Shown: piece by piece, positions 53,104-64,000 of the stretch | How the letters are laid out: every line of letters starts with the position of its first letter | Numbering within the stretch: position 1 is the first letter of the stretch | From: Tricharina praecox | Taxonomy: Eukaryota | Direction of reading: 5' to 3' | NCBI RefSeq assembly: GCF_024521635.1 | Contig: NW_026250403.1 | Coordinates: 930,001-994,000, forward strand | DNA length: 64,000 nt | Notes under the pieces: model-generated | The model's database searches: none | What the model saw: only the letters and a program-made list of their open reading frames with translations | Told to the model about the DNA's origin: nothing | Program-made: the position numbers and the translations under genes

Positions 53104-55919
53104 ATGAACATGCAAACAGGAACGGTTCCCCATCTTTCTGTGGCAATGATGGACGCCAGCATGCTCATCTCAACCGATGACGAAATGCTAGATTCGGATA
53201 GTGATCAGAGGAGAGATGAAGATTACGATATCGATGTAGATGCAGAGGTTTACTCTGTAAATGGTGGCGACCTGGAAGTCACCATGACGATGGAGGAAGA
53301 CATAGTCGCTTATGGTCGCTTGGAACAAGATGACAACGACGACGATATCATGCTCGACGACGACCCAACGGACTACGGCGACGGTTACGACGTACATCAT
53401 GGCGGCCATAATATAATAGCTACTCAGACTGATACGCAACTCGACGTCAACAGTTCCATGGCACCAACGATGTCGCAGCAGGAGACGTCCTTCTTCCAGC
53501 AACTCTCACCACACCAGTCGAATTTCAATCGTCAAGATCCGGAAGCCTCTTCTTCCCAGCCGGTCCTGACTCAGTCCGACATAGGAGCCGCTATGACGGA
53601 AACACAAACTACACAGCCCGACAACGGTGGTAACCGCGGTGACGGCGAGCCTGTTGATGTAGATCCGCAGCAGGAACAGGAGCAAGTGCCGCAGCAACAG
53701 CCTTCGCCAGTATCGCACCAAGATATTCCGTCTCAGTCCAATATTTTGCTCGAGGAGGAGGAAAATGACGGTACACAAAGCTCGACTGCCACTCTTGCCC
53801 ACGAGGTTGTCAGGAATGACGAACAAACTGCTGAGGAGAACAATGACAATACGCCTGTGCCAAAATATCAATCCCAGCAAGAGCTCGAATCCAGCGATGC
53901 TGACGCCGGTCCTGTCGGAACCGAGGATCCGTTTGACTCTTTGTACCAGCATCCCGTGATAGTTCAATACGAGCAAAACCAGCTCACCTTGTTTCCTTCT
54001 ATGGCTGATTGGTCGAACGACCCTGTTCTGGCCAACGTGTATAGCGACGTTCCCTCCGATTATCTTTTGCCGGACGTGGGTGTGTGTGAGAAGACGTTGA
54101 GCGATCTCTTCATGCATCTTCGAGATGTCTTGGGGCCTGCCGTTGGACTCGGATCTGAGTTGGTTGTGGAAATTGAACTGCTTGGCCTGAAGATGGGAGA
54201 GGTAAGTCCCCCACACGCTCCAATAGTGGCATGGATCATGCTTACCCGATTACTTAGGATAATGCGGCTTGTAAGTCTGTCAGTTTGCGACGAATTCTTG
54301 ATCTGCACAATCAACTGCAGGAAAATGATGGTTACGAGATCCCGATGCCTGTCACTATGTCCTTGTACACGGTCCCCAAATTTCTTAGTCGCCTGCAGGA
54401 AATCACCGACGTGGTGCAAGAAAGGAAGGGTCTCCAGGAATGCCTGAGTCGTCTGGGATTGCCGTCCGTCGATGAATATTCAAACGAGGAGGACGTGGCC
54501 AGTCATCACGAGGCCGACGCAGCTGACTACAGCGAAAAGCAAACTGTGCCTAATTCGCTCCAGAATCCCACCACTGAGTCTCGCGAGGACAAGAGCCCAA
54601 GTCCCACCCTGCAGCAGTCAGAGGATGTTGCTGAGGTTGCGCAAATCCACGAGGATGCCATCGCTGTTAGCCCGGAGACCGAACACACGGATGTCGTTCA
54701 ACCTGAGGCTGAAACCCAAGGCTCTACCCAGAAGGAGTTAGAAGTCTCACATACCCATGTGATTATCCAACAGCCAACTTCTGGACTTCTTAGCCATTCG
54801 GGATCCACAATCGTTGATGATGAAGAGTTGTTGGATGAATTTGAGGATGGTGAAGGCATCATCGAGGAGGCCGATACTGTGCTGCAGTCAGATCTTGCGG
54901 AACTTCACGAGAATGAGCCTGTGGCCCAGAATGGAGCCGACGAACTGCCCGGTGCTGTTGACGGTATGTTCACTCGTTCTCATACTCAGGCTGTGCAGAC
55001 ACATGCTAACATACACTCAGACGTCCAGTCCCTTCTGGAGAGTGATGTTGCGCCCGTCGAGCCGTCGACCGCTGAGCTCGAAGTGACAGAAGCAGAACAT
55101 CCACCTTCTACCGTCGGCGATAGTGACGAACACGACACCCCACCTAACTTAGATGACAACAGCAACAAACCCTCCCCAATCCCAGTTTTTAATGGAGATG
55201 ATGAAGATCAAGGCGAGTATGACGGATCAGAGCAATCTTTTGAGGAGCGCGGATACGGACAGGGGGAGAGTCATCACCGGTATCAGGAAGAGGGGCAACA
55301 AGGTACCGAACACATTGATGAAGAAGAGCAAACCCACGACGAGGGCGAGGAAGAAGTCCACGATGTGGATGCAGAGGGTTACGCAGATGTGCATTTCCAA
55401 GACGATGCCGTTGCAACAGAGGGTCGTCCGCATGCGGAGAGTGTTCACCAAGAAGAAGAAGATGGGGAGTATGATGCGCCCGGTGATTACTATGATGAGG
55501 GCGAAGGTGAATACAATCAGCAGGACGAAAGTGTTTACATTCAGACGGAGGCGATCGAAGAGTACGAAGTGGAGGAGTATGACGACTCCCCCTACAAGAG
55601 CTCGGAAAACCAGTCGCCCCCAGATGAAGTTGAGGTGATCGACCCATCGACCACGGATGCTATTGACATCACCACGATTGGTTCCCCTGCAGCGAGCACT
55701 GCCGACGACGAGGAGGATCTCATTGACTATGAGGATGAAGAGGAGCCGGTGCTACTGCCCCAATCTCCCACATCTTTGAAGCGAGTGCGCGACGATTCTG
55801 ATGCCGAGGGTGATGACGAGGTTGATGCGGATCAAGGTTGGTCATGGCGCCCTGGTGGATTTTGGACGCTTTATAATAATCATCTGCATCCAGCCGCGAA
55901 ACGCTCTCGTGCCGAGTAG
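53104..55919 (+). CDS. Very acidic, largely disordered protein with a central folded island (possibly DUF2420/Rmr1-like)
   Basis: Overlapping ORFs 52924-54447 and 54285-55919 are joined by an intron near 54202-54258. Core HPVIVQYEQNQLTLFP...LVVEIELLGLKMGE; C-terminal KR..AKRSR NLS-like. Family assignment is from memory and the start codon is uncertain. Confidence 0.65.
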
Positions 55920-58881
55920 AACTTTCGACTTGATCCCATCCTGCTGCGTGGTCACCCGAACACATCGGGAAGTCGACACGAGCACATGGATTCATCAACT
56001 TTGGTTCCTTTTCATGGCGGCATTACTTCCATTCGGCCTTCGGATGTTCGGTTCATCTTGCGATTATCGGTGCGGCGTTTCGGTGTCTTGGAGTTTATTA
56101 GCCGGTCGAGCATGTCTTTGTGACATATCGAACAGGCCTTGTGGGTTGCGAGGAAAACTATTCTTAGGGGCACGTTGCGAACCATGGACCAACCCATGGC
56201 TACCCGGTTTTACGACGGCCAGAGTAAGTTGATACTATTACTAACATTCCCTAATTTCCCCTTCCTGTCGTTGTTTTCTCCTGAGTTCAATTCACGATCT
56301 ACGATTTTGAATTACCCCAGCATTTATCCTGCGGATGATTGGGTTGGACCCAGTAATTTTGCTTTGCCTTGCTTTGTTGCTTTGCTTTGCCTTGCTGCGG
56401 TGCGTTGCTTTCCCCCCCTTCCTTTTTTGCCTTTTCTTTTCCCCCTTCTTTTTGCCCCTTCCTTTTGCCCCTTCCGTTTGCCCCTTATTCCTTGCCTGTC
56501 TTGTTGTTTTGTGTTCCTATCCCCTTTGCGTGCGCTGTATAGTATAATTTCTTAGAATCCTGGCTTTCGGGCTGTCCGATGGGTCTTCAATGCTTTGCCT
56601 GGTTTCGTGGTATGCAATGGTGTGGCTTTTTCGGCTGGTGAGGGGGCGATGGATATGCGTACGATTTCTTTGGTGGACATGTTGAATGATATCTCTTCGG
56701 CCTAGATGGCAAGAGAGATGGAGGAAGAAGAGGCGGAGGAAGAGGTGGAGGAAGAAGAGGTGGAGGAAGAATAGATAGAGGAAGAAGAAGAGATGTGTGA
56801 GTGGAGGAGGGTGGTTATCTGTTTGAATTCTAGTTTTAGCGTATAGGAGAGAATACAGAGCGAGTGAATATTTGGATTCGTAAACGATGGAGTGAGACTG
56901 CGTGCCTATCGTATTCCACCGATTGACTTCTGGAGAAACACCGGGAACAATGAATTCTAATAGATAGAGGTTGTGAGCTTTCTTCTCAGGATTCGGAGTG
57001 GTTTTAGTACGGGGGGGTGGACTCATTACGCCATCTCGCTGGGAGAGAAAGGAATGCTCGCTAATCGGAGGTCCAACCACCACACGCGCGTGAGGTTGCG
57101 TGTGTGCCGAGGTGGCTCCGGGAGGAGATCTTGATCCCCGGAAATCCAAACGGAAACCTGGTCTATTGCGCCAAGCGGTCACAAAAGGGTCCCAACAATC
57201 CGGAGAGCGACGAGCTCTGGGGGGGCTGTGGGATTCGATTGAGCCTCCGTTCGCATTCGCACAAGTTTGTGTTTCTTTGTCCTGTGTCTGATCCACTGTC
57301 AATTCTGCCGCCAGGGACCGGCGGTGGGCCTGTGGCCATGCGAGTCTGAGGTGAGCACTGCACTGAGCTGAGAGGTGAGCACTGAGAGCTATGCGGCTGC
57401 CAAAAATAGCGTAGGGGTGTATGGCCTTGCAGACTGGCGGTTTGATGTGCGGCGCAGCCGTGTTTGGGGGTGAAGGCACAACATAAGAAGCATGTAGATA
57501 GTAAGTACTATACCGCAATATAGTGTACAATGTACATCACGCATCTTGTAACTCGGTATGCATTGGCCATTCGTCGGTACTTCGCCGCATAGAGTGCTCG
57601 TCCTGACCGGAGTGAACACATCTGCCGTCGGCTGTCTGGCGAGGCCGCGGATGTCCAAATCCCAATATCCCTATTCCTCACAACCCAGCTGTACCGAAGA
57701 CTTGGCCCAGCGAGTTCCTGGAGTGTCTGCTTGTGCCGTGATGCGGCCAGCCATGCGTTCCAACAATGTCCCCACCACCACAATCACCACTACCGCCGCC
57801 GCCGCCGCCGCAGCCGCCCCTCTTCTCCATCTCCTCCATCGCAGCTGCACAATACTAACTAGTTCTGTTGCGACCCATCACCGTCTGCCCAGAAAAAGCC
57901 CCACTCACACCCAAGACGAGACATTCTGCCCTTTGCCTACTCGAGAACCTCTTCATCGGAAGCGACATTGAAACAACCCTGCCCCTAGAGTACACGCTGC
58001 TGCAGTGGACCTGACGACGACGGCCACCGACCACCGGCCACCGACTACCGACCGAACGAACCCCCCCAAGAATCCAGAAGTCTCCCCCCAAGCCGCGTGG
58101 CCTTGCCCCCCTCCACCTCCTCGTTCCCCCGGGAAGGCCGTAGTGTGATACTCGACGGGCATCCTTCCGTTTGCGCTTCTAGATACTGCTTCTTCCTCAT
58201 CTACTTCGGTTCTTCTCCGTTTCGTTCTTGCGCTTCGTGTTCCCAATCTGACCTTCTAGTAGTCGGGAACTTTATCGTTTTCTTTTTTCGTTTCTCCCTC
58301 TCTTTCAACTTTGCCGATAAACTGCTCTCTTTGCCACTATTCCCACTGCTACTACTGCTATCACTGCGACTGCGACTGCGGCTGCGACTACCACTGCGAC
58401 TATTGTCTCCACTGTCTGATTGTCTCCCCATCGTCTCGGCGTCATAGAAGCGGATTGTGCATGGTACATTTATTGCAACAAACTCAGTGCAATTCTTCCC
58501 CCAACACACTTATTCTTTGCATCGGCATACCCGGTCACACACCCCGTCGTCAACTTTAATCTTCTTCTTCTTCTTTCTTCCTCTTCTTCTCCTCCTCCTT
58601 CTGTTTCTTCCTCTTCTTCTCCACATTCGTTTTGAACACAGTTTTCTCTTGCGCGCCACCAACCGCTACCACTCCATACAACCACCGGACGAACCAGTGA
58701 ACCTTCTGTCACGACCACCCGCCTACCATCCCACCCACCTAACCCGAACCTCGCTTTCCCCGTTTCCCCACTCCCGGAACCATCATCGGAATTTGGCATC
58801 GATAGAACGGAGTTAGACAACCCCAACGGCGACACAAGGCGATTACGTACGGTTGGAACTTGGGGGGAAGACGCCGGCATC

Positions 58882-60660
58882 ATGGTGGTGGAGGACAAGT
58901 GCGCTCGCCGAACCTTCCTACCCACCCACCCCAGGAACGAGGAATTGGATGAGAGATGTGCTGACGTGCGCGCGCGGGGTTTGCGAAGATATATTGGCCT
59001 GGCGCTCGCCATAACATCCAGCATAGCTATAGGTTAGTTGACGTCTTCCCCTCCCCCCCACCGTCCGCCGCGCACCGCGCATCATCGCCCCCTCTCTTTT
59101 CCCCGCCCGGAGGCTAATACCGATGTGATGCAGGCACCAGTTTTATCTTGACGAAACGAGTACGTTCACCACGACCACAACTCCCCCCAAACCCGGCTCG
59201 ATCTCGGCAATGCTATGAAGAGGTTGGGGACTGACGGGATCGCTCGTCTGCGGCTTTCGCCAATTTAGGGTCTCATACAAACAGCAGATCGAACGGGCTT
59301 CGAGGGCGATGGGTACACGTATCTGAAGAATCCGATCTGGTGGGCGGGGATGATCACCAGTATGTCACCTCCGTGCTGTTCCCACAGTGCTCCGATTGGT
59401 TATTACGTCGGGGGAGAAAGAACGGAATGGCTAATCCCGCGGAAATGATAGTGGTTTTGGGAGAAATTTCGAATTTTGCGGCATACGCTTTTGCGCCGGC
59501 GATCCTGGTGACGCCGTTGGGAGCTCTGAGTGTGTTGGTTGGGTATGCATCTTGCTCCTCCGTCCGTGCGGGAAAAATCCGGGGGTGTATGTACTCTGCA
59601 TCATGTGCTGACCAAGGGGGGCGTGCGCGTGTGCAGAGCGGTGTTGGGAACATATTTCCTCAAGGAGGAATTGGGAACTCTGGGGAAGCTGGGGTGTGCG
59701 ATTTGCTTAATAGGCAGTGTCATCATCGTGTTGCATGCGCCGCCGGACGAGGAGATTGACCGGATCGATGAGATACTTCACTATGCCATCCAGCCTGGTT
59801 CGGCAACACCCTCCCGACGTCCCACGTCCACCGGCGCAGTGAGGCTGACTTTGTGTGTTCATAGGTTTCCTCTTTTACATCGTACTCGTCATCACCTTCT
59901 CGCTGGTCATGATCTACAAGATAGCACCGAAATACGGAAAGAGGAACCCACTCATCTACATCTCGATCTGCAGCACCGTTGGCTCGTTGACGGTCCTGAG
60001 CTGCAAGGCGTTCGGAATCGCGGTCAAGTTGACCTTCGCCGGGATGAACCAGTTTGTGTATCCCAGCACATACGTCTTCATTATTGTCACGGGAGTCTGC
60101 ATTCTCACGCAGATGAACTACTTCAACAAGGCGCTGAGCCAGTTCTCGAGTTCCATGTACCTTTCTCCCCCAGCTCCGATGGTGACAGGTGGAAGGCTAA
60201 CACGGGCAGTGTCAATCCCATCTACTACGTCACTTTCACCACCTTTACACTGGTCGCCTCGTTTGTTCTGTTCCGCGGCTTCAATACCAACGATCCTGTC
60301 AACACGATTTCACTGCTCTGCGGGTTCCTGATCATCTTTACGGGTGTATACCTACTCAACTTGTCGCGCACCGATCCACATGGAAAGCACAATGGCGCAA
60401 ACGGAAGTGCGCTGCCGTTCGACGATGGAATCCCGACGGACGGAATATCGGGAATGCATAGCAGACACAGCATGCAGATGCGTCGAAGCGATACGTTCAC
60501 TAATGCTAGTGTCACGGGGCGGAGAAGTAGTGCTGGACAGAGATTACTGGGACGCGAACATGACGAAGAGGCTGCGGTGGGATTGAGGGGTCTCACGGAG
60601 GACAGTGACGAGAGCGAGTCTGAAATGGATAGTCCAAGCCGTGGACACACACGGCGGTGA
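58882..60660 (+). CDS. NIPA-family (DUF803) magnesium transporter
   Basis: Multi-exon: MVVEDKYIGLALAI, YLKNPIWWAG, GEISNFAAYAFAPAILVTPLGALSV, QMNYFNKAL, VNPIYYVTFTT. Confidence 0.93.
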
Positions 60661-61180
60661 TCACGATTGGGTGTAGAAGGGAATGTAGATCGTGTATTGT
60701 TTTGTGTCCATCTTCTTTCCGGATTTTTATTTGTTTTGCCGTCTTTTCTCTGGTTATGGGTTTGGCTTTGGGTCGGGCTGTCTGTTCTTGTTTGTCTCCT
60801 GTGTATGTTTTTTCCTGTTCTTTTGTCTGTGGCTTTGTGGGGTTCATTTCTTATCTTATTTGGGAGGGGGATCACGATTTTTCTTTTGTTTTCTTTCCTT
60901 CCTCCACTCGAGTCCCAGACTCACTGCCTGGTGGCGGATGGGAGGGTTGGCGCGCGGGGAGTACTCTAGCTTTTAAGTAGGATCTGAAATAAGTAGAGTA
61001 TGTAGGTAGACTGTGTATAGGGCGAGGGAACCGGATCTGAGCTTCCCCAGTGGGGCAGCGGGAAAGCAAAGCAATTGCAAGTCAAGTCAATTCAAGTCGC
61101 GAGTGATGATGGAGGCTAGTGATATCTTCGCGCAGAACGGTTCTTCTACCCGCCACGTTCGTGTTCCTCCATAACTCAAC

Positions 61181-61723
61181 TCATAACACCTCCTGCTGCT
61201 CCAAGAACGGGTTCTCGATCCGCTCGCTGCCGTCAACAGGTGAGATCAATGTCAACATCGGTCCCCTCGCTACCACCAGTCCAAGCTCGCGCGTGTGCTC
61301 GTTTCCCTCGTCATCTGCGTCCACGTATCAGCTATCGTATGGCCCCTTTGCAAAATCGAAGTGCAAGGAAACATACCTCGCAGCGTCTCCTTAACCTCAT
61401 CGAGGACGAGATTCATAAGCTGGTCGAAGCCCTTCAGAATACCGACGACTATCCCCCATCAGCCTTGTGCTCCTCCCCTTACCCTCTCCTCTCGTAGATC
61501 ACATACCCTCGCGACCACCGTTAAACTTGACGGTAATAGCCTTATCCCGGAACTTTGCCAGGTCCAAGATGGCCTCACGAGGCTTGCGTTCCTGTTGAGC
61601 ACCGCCGGGGCCGCCGCCGCGTCCTCCGCCACGTCCTCCGCCGCCACGTCCTCCGCCTCCGCCTCTGTCGCCGCTGTTGTTGCCGCGGAAGGGGCCGCGG
61701 AATGGGCCGCGGTGATTGTCCAT
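61181..61723 (-). CDS. LSM7: U6 snRNA-associated Sm-like protein Lsm7
   Basis: RGG-rich N-terminus, REAILDLAKF.DKAITVKFNGGRE, GILKGFDQLMNLVLDEV, RELGLVVARG, ISPVDGSERIENPF; two introns. Confidence 0.93.
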
Positions 61724-62112
61724 TGTGTTTGTAGGTGGTGTTGCTGTGGTGGTGGTTATAGTGGTGACTACTGGGCGAAAGGTGCGTGGTGGGGTGGGGT
61801 GGAGGGTGGAGGGGTTGCTTCGTTGCTTGCTTGCGGTTGGTCGCGCGCGCTAGCAAGCGAGAGAGGCGCTGGCCGCTGGCGACGGGATAGCAAAGCTGGA
61901 TAGGAGCTTGCATCGTCGCAACCTCACTCCTGACACTCCCCATTCACACTCACGACACATCATCGCAACACGCTACGATACCCATTTAGCTTCATCGTGG
62001 GTCTTGAGAGTTATTTCGTTCGAATCCCTGAATACCAGCTGACATTGGCCGAAGATATCCCTATCACCACAGCTTATCTAGATCCACAAACGCGTAGCTA
62101 CAGCTATCAGCC

Positions 62113-63700
62113 ATGGCGGTTATCTCCAGCAGCTCCGAAGCCTCACCAGCTCCTCCCACCCTCTACCGCGGCACCGAGAGCATGCATATACGCTTGACCC
62201 TCCCTGCGCTCTCCCCGCCGGAGGAATTCCCCGAATGTACCACGGCAACTGCAAAGTATCCTGCCAAAACGCACGCGCGCTCGGTGGCCTCACGGCTCCC
62301 GACAAAATACGGGTTGATCTACCTCGAGGGAATGCCGTCACAGACTTTTGAGGATTCCGATATGTCGCCGAAGTTCAGGCAGAGACGCGGGTTCCTGTAT
62401 ATGTCCGGTGTCGTGGATATTCCCGATTGTAAGCTGGTGTATAACATCGAGACGGATCACTTGACGCTGTATATTCCGCCCCTGGATCCGAACACGGTGC
62501 TGTGGACGGGGATGCCGTTGGGGCTCGAGGAGTGTCTGAAGAAGTGAGTGAGACCTAAAGGGCAAAGAGGGTATAGGAGCTGATGGTTTTGGCGGTAGAT
62601 ATGATATCGATGCATGCTCCCTCACCACATCCCTCACCCACGACCTCCTCCATTACCACCTCTCCCACCCTCTCTCACCGGTCTACCACCTCCCCACGCA
62701 CACCCCGCACCCCGCCGGTATCCCCTCCACCCTCGTCCTCACAACCCACCACCTCTCCGCGGCCCTTTCCACCAGCCGCGTCTACAAAACGCCCTTCGAG
62801 ATCTCCCTGATCCGGCACGCGAACGCGATCACCTCCGCCGCGCACCGTGCTGTCCTGTCCACACTCCGCTCGGGCTACGCCACGAACGAGACGCATCTCG
62901 AAGCGGCCTTCCTCAGCGCGTGCACCGCGCGCTTCGCCAAAACGCAAGCGTACGACCCGATCATCGGGGCGGGGCGCAACGCCGCCACGCTGCACTACAC
63001 GCTCAACTCCGCGCCGCTGAAGGGCCGGCAGCTCCTCCTCGTCGACGCCGCCGCCGAGTGGCAGGGCTATGCCGCAGACGTCACCCGCACCTACCCCATC
63101 CCCGGCAGCAAGATCTCGGACGAGGCTAGGGCTACATACCGCCTCGTCGAGCATATGCAGGCAGAGTGCATACACCGCTGCGTGGCCGGCGCGGACTTCC
63201 TCGAGCTGCATAGGCTAGCCCACAGACTGGCCGTCAGGGGACTATTGAAAATGGGCATCCTCCGCGGCCGCGAAGAGGAGATCCTGCTGGCCGGCACGAG
63301 CCGCGCGTTCTTTCCGCATGGCCTGGGCCACATGCTGGGGCTGGACGTGCACGATGTCGACCTGCCGCCCATTCCCTCCTCCTCCTGCTCCTCCTCTCCT
63401 ACCACCCCCACCACTGCCCACGTAGTCGACGAAGTGCTCCCGCTGCACCGCGGGGAAAAAGCGCGGATCATGGCCCCCAGACTGCTCGAGGAGAACATGG
63501 TCGTCACGATCGAGCCCGGGATCTACTTCTGCGAGTGGATTGTCACGCCGTACCTCCGCGACCCAGTGCACGCGAGGTTCATCTGCGAGAAGGTCCTCGA
63601 TAGGTTCTGGGATGTGGGCGGCGTCAGGATCGAGGACGATATTCTCATACTGGCAACGGGGAGGGGGAATGATAATTTGACGGGTGCGCCGAAGTGGTAG
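62113..63700 (+). CDS. Xaa-Pro aminopeptidase/prolidase (M24B)
   Basis: KYPAKTHAR, FRQRRGFLYMSG; metal ligands VDAAAE..YAADVTRT, HGLGHMLGLDVHDV, TIEPGIYF, GGVRIEDD; one intron at about 62545-62598. Confidence 0.93.
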
Positions 63701-64000
63701 GTACTGGGGAGTGCTGGGGGGGTAGTTGGGGTTTGTATAGGTTGGGGGTTGGGATTGTAGGTATATAGGGCGTTTTCTTGGGTCGTTTTCTTAGTCGTTT
63801 GCGGAGATGTTATACCATTGTCAGCTATGTAGAAGAGGGTAGAGGAGGCTTTTGACGTCATGCATGGACTCGTATCTCTTCTGTCTTGTGTTCGAAAACC
63901 CAGAATCTATAGTCAGTACCTAGCCACACTAGCAATTACGTATACCCCCGGCCTTCTTCCCTCGCCCCTCTCCCCACCCCGTCTCCTCCCAAAAACACAA

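Noticed and set aside
56517-57530. 337-aa minus-strand ORF
   Set aside because: Composition is driven by a GA-rich simple repeat (FFLHL runs) and no domain is recognisable; likely a chance ORF.
58340-58620. (CTGCGA)n and (CTT)n tracts giving RS-rich or Glu-rich ORFs
   Set aside because: Simple repeats in the promoter/5' leader of the NIPA gene; typical pyrimidine-rich fungal upstream tracts.

Overview
Intron-rich eukaryotic DNA from a filamentous ascomycete (short GT..CTRAC..AG introns; a Pezizomycetes affinity is a guess from gene style). I can support about 24 protein-coding genes, and the ORF track fragments most of them because they are spliced. Conserved genes are an RS-rich cyclophilin, BRO1, a MaoC-type peroxisomal dehydratase, phosphoglucomutase, KES1/OSH4, TPI, a Yip1-family protein, AIM41, an F-box protein, a NIT2-like amidase, GMF/AIM7, a CE12 acetylesterase, NRDE-2, a NIPA Mg transporter, LSM7 and an Xaa-Pro aminopeptidase. 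Two things stand out. (1) A dispersed family of three tiny two-exon genes (21271, 38257, 40896) shares an MC(F/T)G N-terminus, a basic Pro/Ala-rich body, an equivalent phase-2 intron, and a second exon encoding almost only a poly-Gly tail (with Cys in two); the ORF track shows none of them complete. (2) A 1056-bp non-autonomous Tc1/mariner-type element (22-bp TIRs, TA duplication) has a fold-back interior of four ~162-bp units, sits inside a ~79-bp tandem array, and shows RIP/methylation-like C>T decay. No rRNA, tRNA or CRISPR features were recognised.
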